A stretch of 64,000 bases of DNA, taken from the NCBI GenBank assembly GCA_035640455.1, contig DASQWB010000032.1:7189-71188 (forward strand). Direction: 5' to 3'. Positions 42,134-51,482 of the stretch are shown here, one piece after another (the first letter of the stretch is position 1; the number at the start of each line of letters is the position of its first letter). The translations under genes were made by a program, and so were the position numbers. Origin of the DNA: Gaiellaceae bacterium. Its GTDB lineage: Bacteria; Actinomycetota; Thermoleophilia; Gaiellales; Gaiellaceae. Below the pieces are notes generated by a model. The model made no database searches and was not told where the DNA came from. It was given only the letters and a program-made list of their open reading frames with translations.

Positions 42134-43296
42134 GGGAGCACGAGCTCGAAGCGCGAGCCCGACGGCGAGACGTCCCGGTGCAGGATGTCTCCTCCCTGCG
42201 CCTGCGCGTAGGCGCGCGCGATCGCGAGCCCGAGGCCGGTGCCGGGCACGGAGGCCCCGGGGGCACGGGTGAACTGCTCGAAGAGCCGGCCGCGGAGCTC
42301 GGGCGCCACGCCCGGACCGTGGTCCTCGACGACGATCCGGAGCTCGGCACCCGTGCGCTCGGCCGACACCACGATCGGCGGCGCGCCGTGGCGGATCGCG
42401 TTGAGCGCGAGGTTCGTGACGACCCGGTCGACGGCGACCGGATCGATCTCGGCCTCGAGATCGGCCGGCACACGGAGCTCGATGTCGCTCGAGTCGGGAA
42501 AGCCCTCCACGATCGTCGACAGCCGCTCGTGGAGCTGGAGGCGCTCTGGGTTGACCTCGACCGCGTGCGCGTCGAGCCTCGAGAGGTCGAGCAGCTTCTC
42601 GAGCAGGTCGACGAGCCGGGCGCTCTGCTCGTGCAGCGTCCTCTGGAGCGCGCGCACCTGGTCGGGGTGCAGCTCGCCGGCCCGCGCGTCGAGGGTCGCC
42701 GCGGCCCCGTAGACCGCCGTCGCCGGGGTGCGGAGCTCGTGCGAGGCGCGGGCGACGAACTGCTCCCGCACCTGGTCGAGGCGGCGCAGCTCGTCGTGGA
42801 GGAGCGCCCGCTCGACCCCGAGGGCGGCCCGCTCCGCGGCCCGCTGGAGGAGCTCGGCGTCCTCGGCGTCGAAGTGCCGCGGCGTCAGCGTCCCCACGTG
42901 CACGACGCCGAGCACGCGCCCGCGGGCGAGCAGCGGCGCCCCGAGAAGCGACTTGATCCCCTTCTCGCGCAGGATCGGGTTCAGCACGTCGGCGTGGTCG
43001 ACGTCGTCGACCGCTACGACGTGTCGCTCGTCGGCGATCCGGCCGGCGAAGCCGCCGCCGACCGGGATCCGGACGCCCTGCACTACCTCCTCTTCGAGCC
43101 CCTTGGCCGCCCGCGCTACGAGTTCGTTGGCACGCTCGTCGAGCATCAGGAACGCAGCGGTGTCGGCGTCGAGGATCTCGCGGATCCGCGTCAGCAGCTC
43201 GTCGAGCAAGTCTTCGAGCGACAGGTGCGCCAGCGCCGCGTCGGTGACGAGCAGGAGCTTGCGTAGGCGCTCGGCAGCTGCGTCCGGAGTCTCCAT
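42088..43296 (-). CDS. GAF-domain sensor histidine kinase (no adjacent response regulator)
   Basis: GAF N-terminal half, H-box ASHELRTPATAV, and HATPase motifs NLALNAIRHG and GTGLGLAI. The 3' end overlaps the Rieske gene by 46 nt. Confidence 0.8.
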   Translation of the reverse strand: METPDAAAERLRKLLLVTDAALAHLSLEDLLDELLTRIREILDADTAAFLMLDERANELVARAAKGLEEEVVQGVRIPVGGGFAGRIADERHVVAVDDVDHADVLNPILREKGIKSLLGAPLLARGRVLGVVHVGTLTPRHFDAEDAELLQRAAERAALGVERALLHDELRRLDQVREQFVARASHELRTPATAVYGAAATLDARAGELHPDQVRALQRTLHEQSARLVDLLEKLLDLSRLDAHAVEVNPERLQLHERLSTIVEGFPDSSDIELRVPADLEAEIDPVAVDRVVTNLALNAIRHGAPPIVVSAERTGAELRIVVEDHGPGVAPELRGRLFEQFTRAPGASVPGTGLGLAIARAYAQAQGGDILHRDVSPSGSRFELVLPQPAVASPDSRMARR

Positions 43297-43315
43297 GGCC
43301 GCACGAGGCTAGCCG

Positions 43316-43609
43316 CTACTCGGGCTGCGGTTGGGGCTGCGCCTCTCCCTCGAAGGGCTTTCCGGACCGGATCCTCTCGGCCATGTCCTTCGACTCCTCG
43401 CGGTAGACGCTCCCGTCCTCGAACTGGATCACCGGGTACTGCCGCTGCCCGCTCAGCGTTTCAATGTGGTCGCGCTTGCCGCGGCGGAGCGGGCCGGGCA
43501 CGAGCTCGTAGTCGATGCCCTGCTCGTCGAGCGCCTTCTGCACACGCCAGCATGGATGACCCCCGAACTTCACCCATAGGTTCGAGCAGCGATAGAGCTT
43601 TATGGCCAT
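43316..43609 (-). CDS. glutaredoxin/GST-N-like thioredoxin-fold protein
   Basis: Starts at internal ATG MAIKLYRCSNLWVKFGGHPCWRVQKALDEQGIDYELV...YPVIQFEDGS. Confidence 0.5.
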   Translation of the reverse strand: MAIKLYRCSNLWVKFGGHPCWRVQKALDEQGIDYELVPGPLRRGKRDHIETLSGQRQYPVIQFEDGSVYREESKDMAERIRSGKPFEGEAQPQPQPE

Positions 43610-43946
43610 GTCGAGCCTCCTGGGACGAGATTGCAGCGCGAACTTACTCCTCCCGAGCGGCGGTGGACGAACGGGCAGAGAGCGCATCGGCCGCAACGAG
43701 GAATCTCGTTCGCACCGGTAAACGACCAGATCGAAGGCGTCACGTGGCCTTCGGCACCATCAGGCGGTCAAGCCCGGCCATGTTAGGAGCGGCGACCGAG
43801 GTTGCGGCCCCGGCCGCCGCTCCTCGCTCGTCGCTACCGGACGACGAACGGCTCGAGAACCTTGCTCGCGTTGTAGGCCGAGCGGCCGTCGAGCGTCAAT
43901 CGCGCGTTGGAGTGAGCCGCCCGTCCCGTGGAATACGATCCTCTTC

Positions 43947-45413
43947 TTGTCGGTGCGAGACAAAGAGGAGAGCCGCGCGGTCGGGACCGCGGTCCTCGGC
44001 GGCGGCCCGGCAGGACTGACGGCGGCGTACGTGCTCGCGCTGCGCGGCGAGCCGGCGGAGGTCTTCGAGGCCGACGGCGTCGTCGGCGGGATCGCCAAGA
44101 CGGTCGAGTTCGGCGGCTACCGGTTCGACCTCGGCGGCCACCGCTTCTTCACGAAGCTCAAGCCGGTCGAGCGCCTCTGGCACGAGATGCTCGGCGACGA
44201 GCTGCTCCTCCGGCCGCGGCTGTCGCGGATCTACTACCAGGGCAAGTTCTTCTCGTACCCGCTCGTGGCGAAGGACGTCCTCGGCCGCCTGGGCGTCGTC
44301 GAGTCCACCCGCTGCGCGCTCTCCTACCTCTGGAGCCGCCTGCGTCCTGTCCCCGAGCCGGCGAGCTTCGAGGACTGGGTGACGGTGCACTTCGGCCGGC
44401 GGCTCTACGACGCGTTCTTCCGCTCCTACACGGAGAAGGTCTGGGGGATCCCGGGCAGCGAGATCAAGGCCGAGTGGGCCGCGCAGAGGATCAAGAACTT
44501 CTCGCTCTCCAAGGCGATCCTGACCATGCTCGGCCTGCGCCGGACGCACGTGACGACGCTGATCGAGCACTTCCACTATCCGCGGCTCGGGCCGGGGCAG
44601 ATGTGGGAGGCCTTCCAGCAGCGGATCGAGGAGCGCGGGATCCCTGTTCGGCTCAACCACCGCTGCACGGCGATCGCGCACGACGGCGCGGGCCGGGTCG
44701 AGAGCATCGTCGTCCGGACGAACGGGAGCGAGCTCGAGCTGCCGGTCGACGCGGTGCTGTCGAGCATCCCGCTCAGCGAGCTTCTCCTCGCGCTCGATCC
44801 CCCGCCGCCGGCCGAGGTCGTCGCCGCCGCCCGGCGCCTGCGCTACCGCGAGCTCTGCCTCGTCGCGCTCGTCATCGACGACGAGACGCCGTTCCCGGAC
44901 AACTGGATCTACCTCCACGACCCGGGCACGAGGGCCGGGCGGGTGCAGAACTTCGGCGCCTGGAGCGCGAGCATGGTGCGGCCCGGGACGACGTGCCTCG
45001 GCGTCGAGTACTTCTGCTTCGAGGGCGACGAGATCTGGGAGCTGCCGGACGCCGAGGCGGTCGAGCTCGCGAAGGCGGAGCTCGCGCGGATCGGCCTCAT
45101 CGACCCCGCGCGCGTCGTCGACGGCGTGAAGGTGCGCGTCCCGCGCGCGTACCCCGTCTACGACTCGAACTACCAGGACGCGCTGCCGGTACTCCGGGAC
45201 TTCCTTCGCGGGTTCACGAACCTTCGCACCTTCGGCCGCAACGGCCTGCACCGGTACAACAACCAGGACCACTCGATGTGGACGGCGATCCTCGCGACGC
45301 TGGACCTCCTGGACGGCGGCGGTCACGACGTCTGGTCGGTGAACACCGAGGCCGACTACCACGAGGAGGGGGCGATCGTCGAGGGGCTGCTCGAGGTCGA
45401 GCTCGTCGCCTGA
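43947..45413 (+). CDS. NAD(P)/FAD-dependent oxidoreductase (amine-oxidase/UGM-like fold)
   Basis: Dinucleotide motif AVLGGGPAGLTAAYVL...GGIAKT. 488 aa. Confidence 0.75.
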   Translation: MSVRDKEESRAVGTAVLGGGPAGLTAAYVLALRGEPAEVFEADGVVGGIAKTVEFGGYRFDLGGHRFFTKLKPVERLWHEMLGDELLLRPRLSRIYYQGKFFSYPLVAKDVLGRLGVVESTRCALSYLWSRLRPVPEPASFEDWVTVHFGRRLYDAFFRSYTEKVWGIPGSEIKAEWAAQRIKNFSLSKAILTMLGLRRTHVTTLIEHFHYPRLGPGQMWEAFQQRIEERGIPVRLNHRCTAIAHDGAGRVESIVVRTNGSELELPVDAVLSSIPLSELLLALDPPPPAEVVAAARRLRYRELCLVALVIDDETPFPDNWIYLHDPGTRAGRVQNFGAWSASMVRPGTTCLGVEYFCFEGDEIWELPDAEAVELAKAELARIGLIDPARVVDGVKVRVPRAYPVYDSNYQDALPVLRDFLRGFTNLRTFGRNGLHRYNNQDHSMWTAILATLDLLDGGGHDVWSVNTEADYHEEGAIVEGLLEVELVA

Positions 45414-46285
45414 CGCGCGAGCGCCGTCGCAGCCGCGGCGACGCCCGTCAGATGGTGGACGGTGTGGAGGGCGACGCCCGCGAGCGCACGCGCCGGGCCC
45501 TCGCGGCGCACGAGGAGCGCGTAGAAGCGCGCGTTCAGCGCGAGCAGGGCCGCGAGGCTCGCACCGGCGAGACCCGGTCGCCGCGCCGCCAGGCCGCCGG
45601 CGATTCCGATCGAGGCGAGGGCGCTCGCGCGGTGTCGTGGGGCGAGGTTGAGCGTCCTCGCGCCCGGCCGACGCTCGAGCAGGAGCTCGGCCCACGGCAG
45701 CCCGCGCCGCGCGAAGTCGGCGTGCACCATCGCGGGGAGGGTCCACGCCTTCAGGTGCTTGCCCTGGATGCGCGGGTCGAGCTCGATGCGCGTGAGCCTG
45801 AGCCCGAGCTCGATGTCCTCGATCGAGGCGGTGGGATATCGCTCCGCGTCGAACCCGCCGGCCGCGACGAAGGCCTCGCGGCGGACGGCGCCGAGGCCTG
45901 CCCAGAAGGTCGTGGCCGGGCCCGCGCCCTCCTGGTGGACGTGGTGGTGGAGCAGGTTGCGGAAGCGCGAGACGAGCGCCGGGTCGGCCGGGTCGTCGTC
46001 GTAGGAGCCGAAGATCGCGTCGAGGGTGTCGTCGGCCGCGAGGGCGGCGCGGATGCGGGCGAAGACGTCGGCGTGCGGCTCGACGTCGGCGTCGACGAAG
46101 ACGAGCAGCTCGGCCGTCGTCCGTCGCGCCCCTTCGTTGCGCGCCGCCGCCGGGCCGGGCGCGCCGGCCGCCTCGACGACGACCACCTCGTCGGGCGGCT
46201 CCTCCGCCGCACGGATCGCGGCCAGGCACCGCTCGAGCGTCGCCCGGCGGTCCGTGGCGGGGACGATCGCCGCGAGCCGTGTCAT
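45356..46285 (-). CDS. glycosyltransferase family 2
   Basis: MTRLAAIVPATDR...VVVVEAAG...LVFVDADV (DxD). ATGA overlap with the upstream GT-C gene. The 3' end overlaps the FAD gene by 58 nt. Confidence 0.75.
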   Translation of the reverse strand: MTRLAAIVPATDRRATLERCLAAIRAAEEPPDEVVVVEAAGAPGPAAARNEGARRTTAELLVFVDADVEPHADVFARIRAALAADDTLDAIFGSYDDDPADPALVSRFRNLLHHHVHQEGAGPATTFWAGLGAVRREAFVAAGGFDAERYPTASIEDIELGLRLTRIELDPRIQGKHLKAWTLPAMVHADFARRGLPWAELLLERRPGARTLNLAPRHRASALASIGIAGGLAARRPGLAGASLAALLALNARFYALLVRREGPARALAGVALHTVHHLTGVAAAATALARQATSSTSSSPSTIAPSSW

Positions 46286-47703
46286 CGCTCGAAGATTCGC
46301 GCCGTCTCGAGGGTCGCCACGGGGCGGTAGCGCCCCGCCCGCAGCGCGACGTCCCAGTCCGCGAACGGCGGGCTCGTCACCCAGTTGCGCTCGACGACGA
46401 GCCGCGGCACGCGTCGCTCGATCAGGCGCTCGATCTCCTGCTCGGAGAGGACGTGGACGCGCACCGCCTCGCGCGCCGAGACCTTCGCCGCCGCGGCCGG
46501 CGCGAACTGATTCGTGTAGCCCGGCACGGCCTCCGCGTGCGTGCCGAAGAGGTACCCGGGCCAACCGGACAGGACCTTTTCGCCCGGCCGGGTGCGGCTC
46601 TGTACGACGTCCGAGACACGCTCGACCGAGCGGACGCTCGGCTTCAGGAGCGGCTCGGTGCGGACGTCGTGGGAAAAGGCGACCGCGCCCGCCGCAGCGT
46701 AGACGGCGAGACCGGCGGCGAGTGCGATCGCACCGGCGCGCCACGCGGTGAGCTCCACCACCGTCAGCACGAGGTACGGCACGACGACGCAGAAGTACTG
46801 GACGTAGGTCGGCGTCGGCAGGAACGAGGCGATCCCCAGCGAGATGCCGACCGCGGCCGCGAACGGGAGCCGGCGCCGCAGAAGCCAGAGCGCCGCGACC
46901 GCGCCCGCGAGGAGCACCGCGAACTGGAGGCCGAGCGCGTGGTCGGCGGCTCCGAAGCCGAGCAGGTTCGCGGCCGTCCGCGCCTTCTGCACCGGCTCCC
47001 CGACGAGCCCGTGCGAGGTCTTCTCGCCGTGGTAGCGGAGGTTGTCGAAGACGAACGCGTGCGGCGAGAGCGCGAAGAAGACGACGCTGGGCACCACGCC
47101 CACGACGAGCCCGGCGACGAGGCGCGGCAGTCCGCGGCGCCGCGCCGCGAGCACCGCGAACGCCGGAATGGCTGCCGCGAAGACGAGCCGCGTGTCGACG
47201 GCGAGGCCGACCAGGAGCCCCGCCGCGAGCCAGCGCGGTCGGGGCCGCCCGTCGACGAGGACGAAGGCGCCGAGCAGGAAGAGGCTCGCGAGCGCGAAGG
47301 TCTTGACGATCGAGAAGTAGCCGAAGACGAGCCCCGAGAGGGCGTAGAGCGCGACCGCGGCGAACGCAGGCCACCGGCCGGCCCGCCGCTCGACGTGGAC
47401 GTAGAGGAGTGCGCCGATCGCGATCGCGAGGAGCGCCGAGAGGCTGCGGATCACGTACCACGACTCGCCGAGGACGCCGATCCACGCGCCGTAGACGAAC
47501 GGCAGGAGCGGCATCTGCTCGTAGAAGAAGTCGCGGTAGGGGACGTGTCCGTGGAACGCGAGCCGCGACGCGTAGGCGTAGACGCCCTCGTCGCCGTCGA
47601 GGAAGCGGAAGGCGACGAGCGGCCCGAAGACGAGCGCCTGCGCCGCGACCGCAAGCGCTGTAGCGGCGGTTTCGGAATGGCTTCCATTCGTCCGACCGGT
47701 CAT
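46282..47703 (-). CDS. GT-C fold polyprenyl-phosphate-dependent glycosyltransferase (GT39/PMT_2-like)
   Basis: Many TM helices, with the first-loop acidic motif FLDGDEGVYAY. The start is either ATG 47703 or TTG 47769. Confidence 0.7.
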   Translation of the reverse strand: MTGRTNGSHSETAATALAVAAQALVFGPLVAFRFLDGDEGVYAYASRLAFHGHVPYRDFFYEQMPLLPFVYGAWIGVLGESWYVIRSLSALLAIAIGALLYVHVERRAGRWPAFAAVALYALSGLVFGYFSIVKTFALASLFLLGAFVLVDGRPRPRWLAAGLLVGLAVDTRLVFAAAIPAFAVLAARRRGLPRLVAGLVVGVVPSVVFFALSPHAFVFDNLRYHGEKTSHGLVGEPVQKARTAANLLGFGAADHALGLQFAVLLAGAVAALWLLRRRLPFAAAVGISLGIASFLPTPTYVQYFCVVVPYLVLTVVELTAWRAGAIALAAGLAVYAAAGAVAFSHDVRTEPLLKPSVRSVERVSDVVQSRTRPGEKVLSGWPGYLFGTHAEAVPGYTNQFAPAAAAKVSAREAVRVHVLSEQEIERLIERRVPRLVVERNWVTSPPFADWDVALRAGRYRPVATLETARIFER

Positions 47704-47768
47704 TTCAGACGGACGCGCGGCCGAAGTCCGCGCGTCCTGAATGTCGGCGCCGCCGAGTCGGCGCCTCA
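47691..47768 (-). repeat. family-2 repeat copy E4 (reverse orientation) between two GT-C genes
   Basis: rc: TGAGGCGCCGACTCGGCGGCGCCGACATTCAGGACGCGCGGACTTCGGCCGCGCGTCCGTCTGAAATGACCGGTCGG. Closely matches E2. Confidence 0.6.
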
Positions 47769-49466
47769 AGGCCGAACGTCACTCGCGCGCGCGCGTGGAG
47801 CCTGGAAGAGGAGCCGACGTTGGGCGAACGCCGCGGCGAGCGCCACGACGAAGAGGACGAGGAGCGCCGCCGCGGGCTCGCGCGCAACGGCGGGGACGAG
47901 AAGCGCGAGCAGCGGGAGCGCAGGCAGGCCAGCCAATGCTCCGGCCTGGAGGACGCGTACGACTGCGAAGACGACGAGGAGCGCGAGGACGAAGGCGGCG
48001 ATCGCGCCGAGCCGGCCGCCGTGGAAGCGGTCGTGCCGGAGGAGCACCGGCGCCGCACGCAGCGTCACGAGCCAGCAGGCGAGCGCCGCGACGCCTCCGG
48101 CGACGTCGTGGCGGCCGAGGGGCAGGCGCGGCGTCGCGCGCACGACGAGCGCGATCGGCGCCCCGATCAGCAGCAGGAACGGCGCGATCCCGATCACACC
48201 GCGGCCGAGCCCGGCGGCGCTCGCGGCGGTCCGTGCGAAGTGGTCGTCGCCGATCAGCCGGCCCCACGTCCACGGGTCGGCGACATCGCCGTGGCCGCCG
48301 ACCTCCGGGTCGTTCGGCAGGAGCGGGTTCGTCGCGGTCGCGGCGATCATGAGCACGGCGGACACGACCGCAAGCACACCTGTCGTCAGCGGCGAGCGGC
48401 GCCAGGCGAGCGCAAGCGGGACGGCGAGGAACGGGAGCATCGGGACGAGGTAACGCGGCCCGGGCCCCCAGCCGCCGAACTGTCCCCAGAAGCCGGCGTT
48501 GTAGAGGACGAAGGCGACGGCGACGACGGCGATCGCGAGCGCCTCGGCGCGGCGGCCTCGCCGGTAGAGCAGGACGGCGCCGGCCGCGCCCGCCGCGATC
48601 ACCGGCCCGAGCACCACGAGGCCGCGCGAGGAGAGGAGGAGCTCCAGGGCGACCCGCGGCCGCGGCGTCACGAGGCCGAAGTGGTGCGGCGCATGCGTGG
48701 ACACCGACGCCGCCCGCGCGGCCGCCGTCCCCTGCTCGGCCGTGGCGTCCCCGTAGGACAGGTGAAAGGGAGACCCGAATGCCCACCAGTCGAAGGCCAG
48801 GAGCGGCGCCACGCCGACGGCCACTCCGGCCGCGTAGGCGAGCCCGCGCCGAACCGGCCGCGCCCGTGCGATCGCGTACACCCCCAGCACAGCGCCGGCG
48901 AGCGCGAGCGGATACTCCGTCGTCACCGCGAACCCGGCGAGCACGCCGGCCGCCGCGAGCAGCGCGAGCCGCGGCGGCCCCTCCCGCTCCCGCCAGAGCA
49001 CCGCGAACGCGGCGAAGCCGAGGAGCGCCGATAGGACGTGGGCGAAGAAGAGGCCGGTAAAGGGGAGCACGAGCGTCGCGAGCCCGAGCGTCGCGGCGGT
49101 CAGCGTCCCGAGGCCGGGCTCGATCCGCTCCACCGTCGAGGCAACGAGGAGGAGCAGGATCGCCGCCGGCAGGAGCACACTCCAGAGCGAGAGCGCGTGG
49201 ACGCCGTGCGGAAGGTGCGCGGCCCGCAGCGTGACGTAGGCAGGCAGCGTGGCGAACGCGAGCCCGGGCGCCTTGTTCGAGTAGAAGTGGCCGTGGTAGT
49301 AGCTCTCGTCGCCCGAGTAGTCGCGGTAGGCGTCGATCCGCGGCGAGCCATCCGCGAGCGCGCGCACGAGCGCGAAGTGCGAGCCCTGGTTGAACCCGAA
49401 CGGCTGGAGCAGGACGGCGGAGGCGCCCACCAGCACGAGGAGCGCCAGAACGCCGAGCCGCGGCAC
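47766..49466 (-). CDS. GT-C fold membrane glycosyltransferase (ArnT/GT39-like)
   Basis: 566 aa with more than 10 TM helices and first-loop motif YSGDESYYHGHFYSNKAPG. Confidence 0.65.
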   Translation of the reverse strand: MPRLGVLALLVLVGASAVLLQPFGFNQGSHFALVRALADGSPRIDAYRDYSGDESYYHGHFYSNKAPGLAFATLPAYVTLRAAHLPHGVHALSLWSVLLPAAILLLLVASTVERIEPGLGTLTAATLGLATLVLPFTGLFFAHVLSALLGFAAFAVLWREREGPPRLALLAAAGVLAGFAVTTEYPLALAGAVLGVYAIARARPVRRGLAYAAGVAVGVAPLLAFDWWAFGSPFHLSYGDATAEQGTAAARAASVSTHAPHHFGLVTPRPRVALELLLSSRGLVVLGPVIAAGAAGAVLLYRRGRRAEALAIAVVAVAFVLYNAGFWGQFGGWGPGPRYLVPMLPFLAVPLALAWRRSPLTTGVLAVVSAVLMIAATATNPLLPNDPEVGGHGDVADPWTWGRLIGDDHFARTAASAAGLGRGVIGIAPFLLLIGAPIALVVRATPRLPLGRHDVAGGVAALACWLVTLRAAPVLLRHDRFHGGRLGAIAAFVLALLVVFAVVRVLQAGALAGLPALPLLALLVPAVAREPAAALLVLFVVALAAAFAQRRLLFQAPRARASDVRP

Positions 49467-49487
49467 CGCGCGATCGTATCCGAGGCC

Positions 49488-49694
49488 TCAGCCGGTCTTT
49501 CGACGCGCCGCCCGGATGCCTCGATCGACGAGCCAGACGAGCCCGATCGCAAGCAGCGCATAGACGACGATGAACGGCGCCACGAGCCCTGCCTGCCCGT
49601 CCTCCGAGTCCCGATAGGCGAAGTACGCGACGACCTCGAGCGGTACGACTGCGATCGCGATGAGGGCGGCGGCGACGCGCGCCGGGCGGCTCAT
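49488..49694 (-). CDS. small two-TM membrane protein
   Basis: MSRPARVAAALIAIAVVPLEVVAYFAY...APFIVVYALLAIGLVWLV. ATGA overlap with the LLM gene. Confidence 0.4.
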   Translation of the reverse strand: MSRPARVAAALIAIAVVPLEVVAYFAYRDSEDGQAGLVAPFIVVYALLAIGLVWLVDRGIRAARRKTG

Positions 49695-50710
49695 GCCGCC
49701 GCGACGCGCGTGAACTGCGGGATGATCTCGCGCCCGTAGGCCCCGAGGGTCTCCTCCTGCCCGCGGGTCATGAGATAGATGTTGAACTGGTCGACGCCGA
49801 CCGACTCGAGCTCGCGCAGCTTCGAGGTCGTGGCCTCGACGTTGCCGAGGACGCAGAAGCGGTCGACGATCTCGTCGGTGACGAACTCGCCGTGCTTCGC
49901 CCCCACGCGCGAGTGCTCCTTGTAGTCGTAGAACTTGCGGGCCTTGACGAAGTCGGTCAGGTCCTTGGGGATCTCCGAGTCCTCGCCGTAGCGCTCGATC
50001 AGGTCCATGACGTGGTTCGAGACCATCGCCGGGAACCACCGCGACTGCTCGCGCGCGTCGGCGAGATCGTCCGAGATGTGGCTCGGCGCGCCGACGATGC
50101 ACTTGAGCTCGCCGGGGTCGCGCCCGGCCTCCTCGGCCGCGCGCCGGGCCGTGTCCATGATCCACTGGATGATCACGGGATCGGCGAGCTGGATGATCAC
50201 CCCGTCGCCGACGCGGCCCGCCACGCCGAGGGCGCGCGGCCCGTAGCCCGCGATCCACATCGGGACCTCCGGCAGCTCCGGCCGCACCCACTTCAGCTCG
50301 AGCTCCTTGTCGTTCCACTGCACCGCGCGGCCGTTCATCAGGTCCTTGATCATCCGGCAGCGCGCCTCGAACTCGGCCACCTTCACCGGCTTGAGGCCGA
50401 CGACGCGCCGGGACGAGTCGCCGCGGCCGATCCCCATCGCCATGCGGCCGTTCGAGATGTCCTGCATCGTCGCGTACCAGCTGGCCGTGATCGTCGGGTC
50501 GCGGATTCCGGGATTCGTGACGAAGTGGCCGAGCTTGATCCGCTCGGTGTTGTCGGCGGCGAGCGCGAGCGTCGCGTACGACTCCTGCCACAGGATGTGC
50601 GAGTCGTAGGTCCATGCGTACTCGAACCCGAGCCGCTCGGCGAGCTGCATCAGCTCGACCATGCGCGTGTAGGGCGGGTCGGGCAGGACGGTTACGCCGA
50701 AGCTGAGCAT
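49691..50710 (-). CDS. LLM-class (luciferase-like) F420-dependent oxidoreductase
   Basis: MLSFGVTVLPDPPY...GFEYAWTYDSH...GIGRGDS. The track ORF is over-extended at its 5' end. Confidence 0.85.
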   Translation of the reverse strand: MLSFGVTVLPDPPYTRMVELMQLAERLGFEYAWTYDSHILWQESYATLALAADNTERIKLGHFVTNPGIRDPTITASWYATMQDISNGRMAMGIGRGDSSRRVVGLKPVKVAEFEARCRMIKDLMNGRAVQWNDKELELKWVRPELPEVPMWIAGYGPRALGVAGRVGDGVIIQLADPVIIQWIMDTARRAAEEAGRDPGELKCIVGAPSHISDDLADAREQSRWFPAMVSNHVMDLIERYGEDSEIPKDLTDFVKARKFYDYKEHSRVGAKHGEFVTDEIVDRFCVLGNVEATTSKLRELESVGVDQFNIYLMTRGQEETLGAYGREIIPQFTRVAAA

Positions 50711-50794
50711 CGCTCCTCCCGGGTCGCTGACCCGAAAAACATACTCCGGCGGTTCGGGGAGGTGAACCGGCCCGGCGGAGCGAACTTGCGGCCC

Positions 50795-51238
50795 GTGAGC
50801 GTTCTCTACCTCCTGCTGGCCGCCGCGGCCGGCGCGATGCTGCCGATCCAGGCCGGCGTGAACGCGCAGCTCGCCCGCTTCGTCGGCGGGCCCGTCCGCG
50901 CGTCCTTCGTCTCCTTCCTCGTCGGCACGATCGCGCTGCTCCTGCTCTCGGTCGCGATCCTGAAGCCGCTCCCTTCGAGCTCGAAGCTCGGTACCGCGCC
51001 GTGGTGGGTTTGGGTCGGCGGCCTCCTCGGCGCTTTCTACGTCGTCGGCGTGATCGTGAGCGCGCCGCGCCTCGGGGCCGTCGCGCTGATCGCCGCTGTC
51101 GTCGCCGGCCAGAGCGTCTGCTCCGTGCTGGCCGACCAGTTCGGCTGGGTCGGCTTCCGTGAGCATGCGGCGACGCCGGGCCGCATCGCGGGTCTCGCGC
51201 TGCTGTTCACGGGCGTCGCGCTCGTTCGGATCTTCTAG
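50795..51238 (+). CDS. DMT-superfamily DUF606 (YdcZ-like) membrane protein
   Basis: VSVLYLLLAAAAGAMLPIQAGVNAQLARFVG... with five TM helices. The start is GTG 50795 or TTG 50786. Confidence 0.65.
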   Translation: MSVLYLLLAAAAGAMLPIQAGVNAQLARFVGGPVRASFVSFLVGTIALLLLSVAILKPLPSSSKLGTAPWWVWVGGLLGAFYVVGVIVSAPRLGAVALIAAVVAGQSVCSVLADQFGWVGFREHAATPGRIAGLALLFTGVALVRIF

Positions 51239-51482
51239 CCCACCGGCGAGCGGCAGCAATGGGTCCTGCAGCCCGAGCTACCTCTGCCATGCACAGTGGG
51301 GCTACGACGGCCCCCACGGCCTCGGCACTCCGAACGGCGTCTCGGGCTTCTAGCGTCCTCGCGGAGCCGAGAGCCCCCGCGGAGCCGAGAGCCCCCCGCC
51401 GCGCCGGGCCCCAGGGCTCGACGGCCAGTCCCCGTTTTGGGGGGCGACGAGCGAGCGAGACCGAACGACTCTTGGATGGAAG

